Positions 49,600 through 60,036 of a stretch of DNA of 64,000 bases are shown one piece after another. Position 1 is the stretch's first letter. The number at the start of each line of letters is the position of its first letter. Location of the stretch: contig CAVVJH010000001.1 of NCBI GenBank assembly GCA_963748505.1, positions 73,124 to 137,123 on the forward strand. The letters are read 5' to 3'. This DNA is from Candidatus Dormiibacterota bacterium. GTDB lineage: Bacteria > Chloroflexota > Dormibacteria > Aeolococcales > Aeolococcaceae. The notes under the pieces were generated by a model, which had not been told where the DNA came from, did no database searches, and worked only from the letters and a program-made list of their open reading frames with translations. The translations under genes were made by a program, and so were the position numbers.

Positions 49600-51190
49600 C
49601 AGCGGGGTCGACGGCGCGACGGAAGCGACTGGCACGGACGGCGCACCAGCGGTTGCTCCTGCGAGTTCCATCGTGCTGCCGCCGGTGGTTGCGGCGACGA
49701 GCCGGCCATTCTGCTTGACGTACGAGACCGTCTTTTGATGGAAGAATCCAGTCTTGTTGGTGACGGCCGCAACGATCGTGAGCGGAATGCCCAGCCCGAA
49801 CGCGATGAGCACGGGCGCCGCGACCTCGAGGTTGCTGGCGTTGATCGGCCGTCCGGAAAGACCACCTGATATCCGATCCAGAACAGGAAGAGGCCACCGG
49901 CCAGGGGAAGGAGTCCGGCGAGGAAGAACAGCGTGGGTGAGGTGAAGAGCACCTTCCGAAAAGCCCAGGCGCAGGCGATGCCCGTGATTCCGTAGTAGAA
50001 GGCGACCAGCACCCCGATCTCGAGGATGAGGTTCCCGAACTGGTTGTTGACCGCCTCGATGAACGTCGACGCGATGACCAGGATCGAAAGCCCGGTGGTC
50101 ACGAGCGTGCCCACCCACGGGGTCTGCCAGCTCTTGTGCACGATCCCGAACATTTTCGGGAAAACGCCATCCCGGGCCATCGAGTAGGAGAGCCGGCTCG
50201 ATGGCAGGAGCGTCGTCTGAATGCGTGGCGACGGTGGAGGAGAGGACCGCCAGCACCATGAGGTACGCGATCGGCGGACCGCTCAGCGACTGTGCGAAGA
50301 AGTACAGGATGTCGCCGCCGTTGTTACCGATGTTGTTGAGGTTGTTCGCCGAGGTGTACATGTCGATCGCCGTGGCTGCAAAGAGGAACAGCACCAGCAG
50401 GACGACCATGCTGAGGAGGCCCGCGTATCCGGGTGTCGTCTCAGCATCCTTGGTTTCCTCGTTGACGTTGGCCGCAGTGTCCCAGCCCCAGAAGAAGAAC
50501 ACCCCGAGTGCGGCACCCGCCGCCAGCCCACTGATGGATTTCAACGCCAGCGGGTTGAACCAGTGGCAGGTGCACCGGCTGCGCGGCTGGTGTGCCACTG
50601 AGACCGTGCACGAACGCCGCGATGCAGAACCCGACGACGATGAAGTACTCGATCGCGAGCAGAACCCATTGGAAGTTCGCGGTGAGCCGGATGCCCTTGA
50701 CGACCATATAGGTCACAAAGAGCAGCCACGCGATGCCGGCGACCGCGACCCAGAACTGGCTCCCGGCTACGTCGTTGCTGATCCAGCCCCAGCTGTTGAG
50801 GAGTTGCAGCGTGTACTGGCCGGCGATGATCGGCGCGGCCGCGCAGAACAGGACGTTCGCGCAGAGCTGCACCCATCCACCGAACCACCCGACGTAGGGA
50901 CTCAACGTCCGGCTGACCCATGAGTAGGATGCGCCGCAGTTGGGGTCCTGCCGGTTGAGGTAGTAGTAGGCAAGCGCGATGAATGAGACGGGGAAGAAGC
51001 TGACCAGGATCGCCGCAGGCGAAGCCACGCCGCTGACCACGAACAGAAACGCGATCGTTGCCGCGAGGCTGTAGGCCGGCGCGACGCTCGACGTTGCGAT
51101 GATCGTGGCGTCGAAGAGATTCAGCGTGTTGGTCTTGAGCGCCGAGACCACAGGTTTCCCGTGGACGATCGGCTCCGCTACCGTCGCCAT
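49600..51190 (-). pseudogene. APC-superfamily amino acid permease, at least 3 apparent frameshifts; 3' end uncertain
   Basis: N-terminal TMs in ORF 50441..51190, middle in ORF 49402..50598, further TMs in ORF 49383..50180 (MARDGVFPKMFGIVHKSWQTPWVGTLV...). Confidence 0.6.
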
Positions 51191-51242
51191 ATCTGTTTCC
51201 TCACCATGGCTTCCTCCTCAGTCCTCGGTCGAGCCTGGATCG

Positions 51243-52685
51243 TCAGGCTTCGATGTTGCTCATCACGTGTTTGATGCGGGTGTAATCCTCGAATCCGTAC
51301 ATCGAGAGATCCTTGCCGTATCCCGAGTGCTTGTAGCCCCCATGGGGCATCTCCGACACCAGCGGGATGTGCGTGTTGATCCAGACGCACCCGAAGTCGA
51401 GCGCTCGCGCCATGCGCATGGCACGGCCGTGGTCACGTGTCCAGACGCTGGACGCGAGCCCGTATTCGACGCCGTTTGCCCATTCCAGAGCCTTGGCTTC
51501 GTCGTCAAATCGCTGCACCGTGATGACCGGTCCGAAGATCTCCTGCTGGATGAGGTCGTCGCCCTGCTCCAGCCCGGAGATGACGGTGGCTTCGTGGAAA
51601 TAGCCGTTCGCTCCGACCTGGTGCCCGCCCGCGACGACCTCCGCGTGCGACGGCGCACCCTCGACGAGCGCGCGTACGCGCCGGAGCTGCGTGGCGTTGT
51701 TGAGCGGGCCGAAGGCGACCTCGTCATCGTCGGGAGCGCCCGTCTTGTTGGCCGCGGCCTGCTCGGCCAGCGCGGCGATCAGCTCGTCGTGAATCGACGA
51801 TGACGCGAGCACGCGGGTCGCTGCCGTGCAGTCCTGGCCGGCGTTGAAATAGCCGGCCATGGCCACGGTCTCGGCAGTCGCGGCGATATCGGCGTCGTCG
51901 AACACGATGACCGGCGCCTTGCCCCCGAGTTCGAGATGCACGCGCTTGAGATCGCTTGCAGCGGCCTTGGCGACTTCGAGCCCGGCACGGACGCTGCCGG
52001 TGATCGACGCCATCGCCGGGATCTTGTGGGTCACCAGCGCGGCACCGGTCGTGGGGTCGCCGCAGACGACATTGAAAACCCCGGGTGGCAGGAACTCGGC
52101 CATGATCTCGGCCATCAAGAGCGTGGTGACCGGTGTGGTGTCCGAAGGCTTGAGGACCACTGTGTTGCCGGCGGCAATTGCCGGCGCCCACTTCCAGATG
52201 GCCATGACCATCGGGTAATTCCAGGGCGTGACCTGCGCGCAGACACCGACCGGCTCGCGCCGGATCATCGATGTGTGCCCGGCCATGTACTCGGCCGCAC
52301 TCCTGCCTTCGAGAATGCGTGCGCAGCCGGCGAAAAAGCGCACCGGGTCGATCAGTTGCGGGATCTCCTCGCTGCGGGTGAGTGAGATCGGCTTGCCGGT
52401 GTTCTCGCATTCGAGTTGCACGAACTCTTCCGCGCGTGCCTCGAACGCGTCGGCGATCTTGAGCAGTGCCATGCTTCGCTCGCGCGGCGTCGTGTCGCGC
52501 CAGACCGTAAAGGCGCGCTGCGCGGCTCGCAGTGCCAGATCGACGTCCGCGGCGCTCGACACCGGCGCCCGGGCGAATTCCTCGCCGGTCGCGGGGTTGA
52601 TCAGCGGCGTCCACGAGTCGGAAGTCGCCTCCCGATGCTCGCCGTCGACGAAGTTGCGCAACGTCCGGGTTGCGACCGCACTCAT
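51243..52685 (-). CDS. NAD(P)-dependent aldehyde dehydrogenase
   Basis: [23 protein letters not shown] (Cys), start [17 protein letters not shown]. Confidence 0.9.
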   Translation of the reverse strand: MSAVATRTLRNFVDGEHREATSDSWTPLINPATGEEFARAPVSSAADVDLALRAAQRAFTVWRDTTPRERSMALLKIADAFEARAEEFVQLECENTGKPISLTRSEEIPQLIDPVRFFAGCARILEGRSAAEYMAGHTSMIRREPVGVCAQVTPWNYPMVMAIWKWAPAIAAGNTVVLKPSDTTPVTTLLMAEIMAEFLPPGVFNVVCGDPTTGAALVTHKIPAMASITGSVRAGLEVAKAAASDLKRVHLELGGKAPVIVFDDADIAATAETVAMAGYFNAGQDCTAATRVLASSSIHDELIAALAEQAAANKTGAPDDDEVAFGPLNNATQLRRVRALVEGAPSHAEVVAGGHQVGANGYFHEATVISGLEQGDDLIQQEIFGPVITVQRFDDEAKALEWANGVEYGLASSVWTRDHGRAMRMARALDFGCVWINTHIPLVSEMPHGGYKHSGYGKDLSMYGFEDYTRIKHVMSNIEA

Positions 52686-54052
52686 GCTTTGAGATCCCTC
52701 GCCAGCTCGCGGAAGTTCGAGACGTAGCGCTGGACGTCGCTGGATGCGTGCTGCACCGAGAGCGTCCAGTTCTCCTCCGCACCCGGCGCCATCAGCACGC
52801 CGCGGTTGGTCTGGTAGAGCCACGACACGTAGGCGAGCGACTTGTCCATCGCGGCGTAGTCGCGATAGTTGCGGACGGGGTCCTTGCGGTAGGTCACGCA
52901 ACCGCGCGCACCCATGGAGACGACGTGGAAGGGCAGCTCGAACTCAGACATCACCTCGCGGAGGCCGCCGCTCAACTCCTCGGTGAGGGCGTCCAGATGC
53001 GAATATGCCTGCCCGGTCATGACCTCGAGCAGCGTCGCGCGCGACGCGGCCGTGGTGAGCGGGTTGCCGTTGAAGGTGCCGAGCTGCGCGACCTTCCCGT
53101 CGCTGATCGTCGCCATGATGTCGGCTCGACCACCGACCGCGCCGCAGGGGAGACCTCCACCGATCGCCTTGGCGAGACACACGATGTCCGGCACCACGCC
53201 AAATCGCTCGGTCGCCCCGCCGGGGGAGATCGTGATGCCGGTTTTGACCTCATCGAAGATGACGACCGCCCCGTGTTTGTGCGCGATCTCGACCACACCG
53301 GCGAGATAGCCATCCTCGGGGAGCACGAACCCGATGTTCATCATCGCGGGCTCGACGATCACGCCGGCCACCTCACCCTCGTGCGCCGCAAAGGCCCGCT
53401 CCAGACCGGCAAGGTCGTTGAACCCGACCACCGTCGTCAGCTCCACCGTGGACCGCGGAATCCCGCCGGTCATCGGCACCGAGTTCGGGGACTCCGCGTC
53501 GCCCATGGCCTCGACCGGGGGCTCCACCGAGACCAGCAAGGCATCGTGGTGCCCGTGGTACGAGGCTTCGATCTTGATCAGACGCTCGCGGCCGGTGAAG
53601 CCACGCGCCAGACGCACCGCATCCAGCGTCGATTCGGTGCCACTGTTGGTGAAGCGCCACTGGGGCTGCTGGAACCGTCGTGCGAGCTCGCGCGCGACCA
53701 CGATGTTCTCGGCCACCGGCTGCGCGAAATGCGAGCCGCGGTGCATTTGCGCGTCGACCGCCGCCACGATCGCCGGATGCGCGTGGCCGACCACCATGAC
53801 GCCGAAGCCGTTGTGGAAGTCGACGTACTCGTTGCCGTCCACGTCCCAGACATGGCTGCCCTTGCCATAGTCGATGAAGACCGGTTGCGGCGGCGTGTCC
53901 TGGAACGAGCTGGGGACTCCGCGCGGAATGACTTCCTTGGCCTCGGTCCACATCTCGTGCGACCGCGCACGGTGTGCACGAAACTCGGTTTCCTCGCGGG
54001 CAGTCAGCGCCGCCACCCGATCCGACGCGACATTACCCAGGGTCGTAGCCAT
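52682..54052 (-). CDS. class III aminotransferase (glutamate-1-semialdehyde aminomutase-like)
   Basis: [18 protein letters not shown]; [10 protein letters not shown]; 456 aa uninterrupted. Its TGA overlaps the ATG of the downstream aldehyde dehydrogenase (ATGA). Confidence 0.9.
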   Translation of the reverse strand: MATTLGNVASDRVAALTAREETEFRAHRARSHEMWTEAKEVIPRGVPSSFQDTPPQPVFIDYGKGSHVWDVDGNEYVDFHNGFGVMVVGHAHPAIVAAVDAQMHRGSHFAQPVAENIVVARELARRFQQPQWRFTNSGTESTLDAVRLARGFTGRERLIKIEASYHGHHDALLVSVEPPVEAMGDAESPNSVPMTGGIPRSTVELTTVVGFNDLAGLERAFAAHEGEVAGVIVEPAMMNIGFVLPEDGYLAGVVEIAHKHGAVVIFDEVKTGITISPGGATERFGVVPDIVCLAKAIGGGLPCGAVGGRADIMATISDGKVAQLGTFNGNPLTTAASRATLLEVMTGQAYSHLDALTEELSGGLREVMSEFELPFHVVSMGARGCVTYRKDPVRNYRDYAAMDKSLAYVSWLYQTNRGVLMAPGAEENWTLSVQHASSDVQRYVSNFRELARDLKA

Positions 54053-54157
54053 CGAACCAGGTCCCTCCAGAGCCCCCGCGGTTGCTGAGAATTCTACTGA
54101 ACGCCTGTAGAATCAGCGCAACGTTAGACGCAAACCCCAGGGACCGTCAAGCGGTCC

Positions 54158-54472
54158 TCAGCGCCAGTCGACCTCGGTGACCTGACCGTCGGCAATCTCG
54201 ACGGTCCGCGTGGCGCAGGGCCCCGCCCCCCACAGAGTCCAGGTGCCGGCATCGAGCGACGGGAAGAGCGCCACGGGAAGGCGCTCGCCAGCCATTGGCC
54301 GGGCGTGCACTCCGGTGTGGGTACGGGCATCGGGTTGCCCATCACGGCTGACCTCGATCTCGGAATGGAGGAGCGCTGCCGGCACGATGACCAGCAGCGC
54401 CCCAGCCCCCCCGCCGATATCGAGGACCGCGGGCCCGTCAGGGACGGAACCCGCGGACTCGATCTCGGTCAA
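54158..54472 (-). CDS. conserved hypothetical protein (104 aa) translationally coupled to the DUF4331 gene
   Basis: ATG overlaps the TGA of the upstream gene (ATGA). Coding-like composition. Confidence 0.5.
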   Translation of the reverse strand: MTEIESAGSVPDGPAVLDIGGGAGALLVIVPAALLHSEIEVSRDGQPDARTHTGVHARPMAGERLPVALFPSLDAGTWTLWGAGPCATRTVEIADGQVTEVDWR

Positions 54473-55845
54473 CTCGGAGTGTCGAATCCGTTGAGCGGTG
54501 TGCCCAGGTACGGGAAATGATCGATGTAGCGGTTGTGTCCGGGGACCGAGCCGTCGCTGAATTGCGCAGCGGAGAAGTCGCTCACCACACCCGCGGCCCC
54601 GTCCGGTGTGTAGCTGGAGTCGACCAGCGGAATCGTGACGCCCGCGATGGCGCGGATCTCGATGGTGGCGACGTCGTCGAACACGCGCCGGCCGTTCGGG
54701 AAGCCCGCAAGGTCCCCACCGAGGATGCCGTTGATGTTCGGCGTCGACGCCGGCGGGATCGCCATGTTCAGGCGAAGCAGGTCGGCGGGAGTCGAGCCGG
54801 TCGAGTTCTGGAAGCCCGGGATCACGCCGGTCGGGATTCCGACCAGCAGGATCGCTTCGAGGTCGACACGGTCGGGGGTGTAGGCCGCGAGGTGCGGGAA
54901 CACGCCCGGGTAGAGCACGGGGAGGAGCCCGGCGAGCTCAGGATGCGCGTAGTTCGCAGCGAACTGGGCGTCGTTCCTGGGTTCGGTCGAGTTCCAGAAG
55001 TCCTTCTTGCCGATGGGGATGACGACCTCGTTGATCAGCGGCATTCCCAGGCGGGAAACCTGCACCCATGGACCGACGTCGGTGGAGGATCCACCGTGCA
55101 GGACGGTCGACTTGCGGCGGCTCGCGGAGGTGTAGACACCGATGACCGAGTCCGCTGCAGCAGGGTCGGTGGGATCGGCACCGTGCGGCGTGAGGTGCGT
55201 CTTGGGGATCTGGATCGCGATGGTGTGCACGTTGAGGTGCTTGCTGGAGTCCACGCCGCCGACGGCCGGAAGCGGGATGAGGTGCAGGTTCTGGAAGGGC
55301 CGCAGCGCGCCGAGGTCGAAGATCGACCCGAGGTCGACGTAGAAGCCTTCACGGCGCTGGCCGGCAAAGACCCATCCACCGTCCAGGGGATGTACTGCGG
55401 CACGCGCGAGCGCGCCGTAGTTCGGGGTCGACCGGACGCCGACGTTCACCGGCGGGCAGGCGAGCTTGTTGGCGAGCACTTCGGCGTGGCCACCCTTGAT
55501 CCGGGTCACCGAGTAGAACTGGCGAACGTTCCAGCTCGAGCTGGTCAAGCTGCTGATCGGACCGGTGTTGTACAGGAACGTGTTCGGATTCGTGTACTCG
55601 GTGGTGAACTTGAACTGGTACTTGATCGCGTCCTTGACGCTGCCACCGTTGGTGATATTGATCTCGTAGAGAACGTCGTCACCGAAGTTGTAGAAGTTCG
55701 GCCCACCATCGGGTCCCTCGAGCGGGATGTAGTTGGCGATCAGCGTTACGGTGTCTGGATGATCCGGACTGACGAACGCGTAAAGGTCAGTGCTGTCCGC
55801 AACCGGGTCTTTTGCGATGCCCGGTGCTTCACGATGCGAAGACAT
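54469..55845 (-). CDS. DUF4331 family protein
   Basis: N-terminus MSSHREAPGIAKDPVADSTDLYAFVSPD characteristic of DUF4331 (from memory, not verified). 458 aa uninterrupted, no signal peptide. Confidence 0.85.
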   Translation of the reverse strand: MSSHREAPGIAKDPVADSTDLYAFVSPDHPDTVTLIANYIPLEGPDGGPNFYNFGDDVLYEINITNGGSVKDAIKYQFKFTTEYTNPNTFLYNTGPISSLTSSSWNVRQFYSVTRIKGGHAEVLANKLACPPVNVGVRSTPNYGALARAAVHPLDGGWVFAGQRREGFYVDLGSIFDLGALRPFQNLHLIPLPAVGGVDSSKHLNVHTIAIQIPKTHLTPHGADPTDPAAADSVIGVYTSASRRKSTVLHGGSSTDVGPWVQVSRLGMPLINEVVIPIGKKDFWNSTEPRNDAQFAANYAHPELAGLLPVLYPGVFPHLAAYTPDRVDLEAILLVGIPTGVIPGFQNSTGSTPADLLRLNMAIPPASTPNINGILGGDLAGFPNGRRVFDDVATIEIRAIAGVTIPLVDSSYTPDGAAGVVSDFSAAQFSDGSVPGHNRYIDHFPYLGTPLNGFDTPS

Positions 55846-55887
55846 GAGTACCCCTCGTGAGGATGTGAATGCTGTTTATTCCGGCCG

Positions 55888-56157
55888 TCAGCGCGTGACG
55901 CGCTGCAGACGCCGGACGAGCGACGGGTCCTTGGTGACGACCGCGCGATGGCCGACCATGACCGTGATTTCGCCTGTGCCCGCATCGCTGACGTACGCGG
56001 TCATGGGCTCGCTGGACACTGGACCGTCACTTGCATCGGCGACGTTCTGGGCCGCCTCCACCAGCGTGCTCGGCCCGGCGATCAGCCCCATCGCCGCTAC
56101 TCCGCCGGCTGCCCCCACCGTCGTGGACAGAAACGTCCGCCGTGTCACCTTGGCCAT
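55888..56157 (-). CDS. small Tat-signal secreted protein (89 aa)
   Basis: MAKVTRRTFLSTTVGAAGGVAAMGLIAG with AxA site (VEAAQN). Confidence 0.55.
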   Translation of the reverse strand: MAKVTRRTFLSTTVGAAGGVAAMGLIAGPSTLVEAAQNVADASDGPVSSEPMTAYVSDAGTGEITVMVGHRAVVTKDPSLVRRLQRVTR

Positions 56158-56278
56158 GTGTACACCTCTCCTGAGCGGTCGCTGACGATCCGGTTGGCCG
56201 TCTTGGCACCGCCCTGTCACCGCTTGGTACGGACGGGTCGGGACGCCGGATCACTTCGCCTCAGGCGAGGGCGGAAGG

Positions 56279-56953
56279 TCAGGTCCAGGCGGGCACGAGC
56301 ACCTCGACGTTGTCGGCAGTGACACGCGTCTTGATCGTCGGCAGCGGGTTCAGCCGATAGTCGCCGGGATTGGCCTCGCCGGTCAGGTTGAAGCTCATCG
56401 GATGGCACGGGCAGGCGAGCTTGCTCGCCGCCGGGTCCGGGACCAGCGTGCATCCCTGGTGGGTGCAGACGGCGCTCAACCCCCGAATCTCCCCATCGAG
56501 TGTGAAGAGAACGCCCTGGATACCGCCGGCGGCGAACTGCTTGATCTTCCCCGGCGTGACGTCGGCGAGGGTGGCGACCGCGACCCAGGCGCTGACGTAC
56601 GGCTCGATCGGCCCGGTACCGCTCTGCGCCTCGGTGAACACCTCGTGGAGGCGCTCGGCGCCAACTCCGGCGGCCACCGACGCTGCCACCGTGGCGATGC
56701 CACCGGCCAGGAACCGCCGCCGGCGAATTTGGGCGTCGGCCCAGCCGGGCTCGTGGTCCACGGCTTCGCGGAGCTTGCGGCCGAGGCTGTCGACGAATGC
56801 CGGAGAGGGATCGGCGCCGCCGGGATGGGCCGCACGCAGGCGGGTGGCGGTCTGCATCGCCGCCGAGTCGTCGTCCGCGGGCGACCGTGGAGGGCGGCGA
56901 TTGTCGACGAGCGCCGCGATGAAGCGGGACAGCCGGCGATCAGCTTTGGACAT
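56279..56953 (-). CDS. Rieske [2Fe-2S] domain membrane protein with ~75-aa cytoplasmic N-terminal extension, in anti-sigma-factor position
   Basis: Rieske boxes CTHQGC and CPCHPMS. Single TM after RRRFLAGG. Start overlaps the last 14 nt of the ECF sigma gene. Confidence 0.8.
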   Translation of the reverse strand: MSKADRRLSRFIAALVDNRRPPRSPADDDSAAMQTATRLRAAHPGGADPSPAFVDSLGRKLREAVDHEPGWADAQIRRRRFLAGGIATVAASVAAGVGAERLHEVFTEAQSGTGPIEPYVSAWVAVATLADVTPGKIKQFAAGGIQGVLFTLDGEIRGLSAVCTHQGCTLVPDPAASKLACPCHPMSFNLTGEANPGDYRLNPLPTIKTRVTADNVEVLVPAWT

Positions 56954-57473
56954 CTGGGACTCCGTTGCTTGCGGCGCGGCGGAGCGCCCTCAGCTGCAAC
57001 ACCTTGGCGTTGGCCACACTCACGCCCATGGCAGCGGCCGTCTCGCGAATCGAGTAGCCGCGCAGGAAGCGGAACTCCAGCACGCTTCGATAGTTGGAGG
57101 GCAGCCCATTGAGGATGGGGCTGACATCCACCTCGTGCTCGCGCTCGGCAGGGGTGGCGGCGTCGCGTTGGTCATCGAACTCCATGAGGACGGTTCCGTG
57201 GCGCTGGCGCCAGACGTCGGCAAGGACGGTACGCGCCGTGGTTCGTAGATAGGCGCGGATCTCCGCGGCCGAGACATCCGACCGGAGGCGCGGGAGTGCC
57301 CGAAGAAAGGTGGTCGAGGTCACGTCCTCGGCGTCGGGGGTGTTCCCGGTCCGTGAGTACACATATCGATAGAGGGGAGCGACATGCTCCTGATAGACGG
57401 ACTCCCAGTCGCTCGGGGAGCGTTCTGGGGCGCCCACCACGCGAAGCGGGGGAGGAGATTCGGGCACGGCCAC
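56940..57473 (-). CDS. ECF (extracytoplasmic function) sigma-70 family RNA polymerase sigma factor
   Basis: Region 2 (VYQEHVAPLYRYVYSRTGNTPDAEDVTSTTFLRAL) and region 4 (YRSVLEFRFLRGYSIRETAAAMGVSVANAKVLQLRALRR). Confidence 0.85.
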   Translation of the reverse strand: MAVPESPPPLRVVGAPERSPSDWESVYQEHVAPLYRYVYSRTGNTPDAEDVTSTTFLRALPRLRSDVSAAEIRAYLRTTARTVLADVWRQRHGTVLMEFDDQRDAATPAEREHEVDVSPILNGLPSNYRSVLEFRFLRGYSIRETAAAMGVSVANAKVLQLRALRRAASNGVPDVQS

Positions 57474-57545
57474 GGTTGTAGTGTCCTACGTCACCGAGTT
57501 ACGCAATCGGGTATTGGGGGCATGATTGTGGTGAGGGTTTGAACG

Positions 57546-58598
57546 ATGAGCTCGGAGACTTCCCGCGAACGCCTGATCGGCACCGTTTCATTGATCCTGG
57601 ATCGTATGGTGCATGTCCGCCTGACGGCGGTCGGTATCGCGCGCCCGGGCGAGATCGATCGCACGCCGGCGGAGCCCACTGCATTCTGGGAGCAGAGCCG
57701 GGTCGGTAACCCACGCCCGATCCGGGTCAACCGCGAATGGGAGTCCCTCGAGGGCCCGAAGTGGCGCGAGCTGGAGCTCGAAGGCGACAGTGCGGGTCCG
57801 GGGGGGCATTGGGGCAGCCGCCACCTGGTCGCGACCGCGCATATCCGTCGCTCCCCGGAACCCGCTCCCTTCGTGCTCATGCTGCACGGCTACGCGGTGC
57901 CGCAGACGACCTACGACCGGTGGCTCGCGAAACAGATGCGGCTGCGCGGCGCACACACCGCTCGGCTCGACCTTCCGTACCACCTGCGGCGCACGCTGCC
58001 GGCGCAGCGCAGCGGCGACGGATATTTCAGCATGGATCCCGCGCACATCCGCGCGGTGGTGCGCCAGTCCGTCGAGGATGCCGCGGCGATCGTCGCCTGG
58101 GCAAAGGCGGAGATCACCCCGCATGTCGTCGTGATGGGCGTCAGCCTCGGGGGCTTGATCGCCACCCAGCTGGCCGCACAGCTGGACCTCGACCAGGTGA
58201 TCGCGGTGGCACCGTTCTGCGACCCGGCCACGACGCTCTCGCAGCGGCCACCGACGCCGTCCCTGCGCCATCTCGGGATGATCGGGGAACATGCGGTGTC
58301 CTGGGGACGAGACCGCGAAACCGCCGGGCGCATCCTGCAGTCAACGCTCGCGCCGCTGGTGGTCCGCAACCTGACGCCTCCTCGCACGCCGGGGGATCGG
58401 ATCACGCTGGTTCGCGCCATGCAGGATCTGGTGGTGGGCGCCGACCCGGTGACCGAGCTCGCCGAGATGTGGCGCACCGAGCTCTGGACCTACCCGCACG
58501 GCCACATGACCGTGATGAGCGCGCACGGTATCGCGCGGCGCATCGTGGAGCGCGCCACATCCGGTGGTCCGGCACCCAGCCTGTCCATCGCCGTATGA
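57546..58598 (+). CDS. alpha/beta-hydrolase fold protein
   Basis: GVSLGG nucleophile elbow; 350 aa uninterrupted. Confidence 0.8.
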   Translation: MSSETSRERLIGTVSLILDRMVHVRLTAVGIARPGEIDRTPAEPTAFWEQSRVGNPRPIRVNREWESLEGPKWRELELEGDSAGPGGHWGSRHLVATAHIRRSPEPAPFVLMLHGYAVPQTTYDRWLAKQMRLRGAHTARLDLPYHLRRTLPAQRSGDGYFSMDPAHIRAVVRQSVEDAAAIVAWAKAEITPHVVVMGVSLGGLIATQLAAQLDLDQVIAVAPFCDPATTLSQRPPTPSLRHLGMIGEHAVSWGRDRETAGRILQSTLAPLVVRNLTPPRTPGDRITLVRAMQDLVVGADPVTELAEMWRTELWTYPHGHMTVMSAHGIARRIVERATSGGPAPSLSIAV

Positions 58599-59185
58599 CT
58601 CCGGCTCCGCCGGTGCTCCGGCGAGACGGGGTCACCCCGGACGGGCGTCCGTATCTGGTCAGGCCGTCCCGCGACGACGACGCCGCCGGGCTGGCCGACC
58701 TCATCGATGCGGTGGCCGGGGAAGGGGAGTTGATCGCGGCCGTCCCCGGCGAGCCCGACACCATCGAGCAGAGCGCGCGCCTGGTGTCGATCGTGCTCGA
58801 GGGAGGGCTCACGCTCACGCTCGAGATCGACGGCGTCCCGGCCGGGCACGTGATGGTGCTGCGCCGAGCCGGTGCGCACTATGCCCACGTCGGTGAAATC
58901 GCCATTCTTGTCAGCAACGCATATCGCGGTGCCGGGCTCGGTCGCCTGCTCATGGAAATGGCGATCGAATGGGGTCGCGCGGTGGGGCTGGCCAAGCTGA
59001 CGCTGCGCGTCTTCCCCGACAACGCGCGCGCCATTTCGCTCTATCGATCGCTCCACTTCCGCGACGAGGGTCTCGTGACCGGCGAGGTCCGCATGCCGAG
59101 CGGTGACCGGGACATGCTGCTCATGGGGCTCACCCTCCATGCCCCGGACGTGACCTCGCCCCCTGGTATCCTGCGATCCGAATGA
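58595..59185 (+). CDS. GNAT family N-acetyltransferase
   Basis: Start MTPAPPVLRRDG, ATGA-coupled to the hydrolase gene. Motif A RGAGLGRLLM. The long 57737..59185 ORF is an alternate-frame artefact. Confidence 0.75.
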   Translation: MTPAPPVLRRDGVTPDGRPYLVRPSRDDDAAGLADLIDAVAGEGELIAAVPGEPDTIEQSARLVSIVLEGGLTLTLEIDGVPAGHVMVLRRAGAHYAHVGEIAILVSNAYRGAGLGRLLMEMAIEWGRAVGLAKLTLRVFPDNARAISLYRSLHFRDEGLVTGEVRMPSGDRDMLLMGLTLHAPDVTSPPGILRSE

Positions 59186-60036
59186 GCGACTCGCGCCCGA
59201 TCGGCGTGTTCGACTCCGGTGTCGGCGGCCTGACCGTGCTCCGCGAGATACGCCATCAGATGCCGGCGGAGCGCCTCATCTATGTCGCCGACCTGGAGCA
59301 CTTCCCCTACGGGCCGCGCCCGCAAGGGCAGGTGCGCACCCTGGCGCTGGACATCATTGAGATGCTGGTCGGCATGGATACCAAGCTGGTGGTGATCGCC
59401 TGCAACACGGCAACCGCCGCCGCCTTGCACACCGCGCGCGAGCGGTTCGACATTCCCGTCGTCGGTGTGATCGCCCCCGGGGCGCAGGCGGCCGCGGACG
59501 CAACCAGGAACGGGCGCGTGGCGGTCCTGAGCACCGAGGGGACCCGCGCCAGCGGCGAGTACGTCCAGGCGATCAAGGAGGCCAACCCCGGGGATCGTCG
59601 TGTGCAGCGAGGTCGCCGCCGACCTGGTCGAGATCGTCGAGGACGGCGACGCCGACACGGCGCGCGCCGACGCGGCGCTGGCGCCGGTGCTTGACCGCGT
59701 GGTCGCGTGGGGCGCCGACACGCTCGTCCTCGGCTGCACCCATTACCCCTTGCTGCGGTCGGCCCTGGAGCGCGTGATCGGATCCCGGCCGATGCAGGTG
59801 GTCGACAGCGCGGGGACCACGGCCGCACGGGTCGCCCGGATCCTCGAGGTCAACCGCCTGGGCGCCGAAGCCACCGGTGCAGTCACGACATCGCTGACTC
59901 CCAGACCCAGATGCTGGTGACCGCGGCGCCCGCCCGATTCCAGGGGAACGCCGCGCGACTCTTCGATGAGCCCCTCCCGGAGGCGCGTTTGGTCAGGCCG
60001 ATACGCGAAGTGGTCGGCTTGGCCACCGGATCATGA
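59182..60036 (+). CDS. murI: glutamate racemase MurI; two apparent frameshifts (near 59590 and 59890)
   Basis: IGVFDSGVGGLTV, VIACNTATAAAL in ORF 59182..59694. LVLGCTHYPLL in ORF 59600..59920. C-terminus in ORF 59707..60036. Confidence 0.75.

Noticed and set aside
56279-56953. Possibility that RRRFLAGG in the Rieske protein is a cleavable Tat signal
   Set aside because: The twin-arginine motif sits about 78 residues from the N-terminus, so it is more likely an uncleaved TM anchor (N-in, Rieske domain out). A Tat-dependent insertion as in QcrA remains possible.
57737-58594. 482-aa ORF spanning the alpha/beta hydrolase gene in an alternate frame
   Set aside because: Only its C-terminal 196 aa (from MTPAPPV at 58595) form a GNAT fold. 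The upstream part is an Arg/Gly/Ala-rich shadow of the hydrolase gene.
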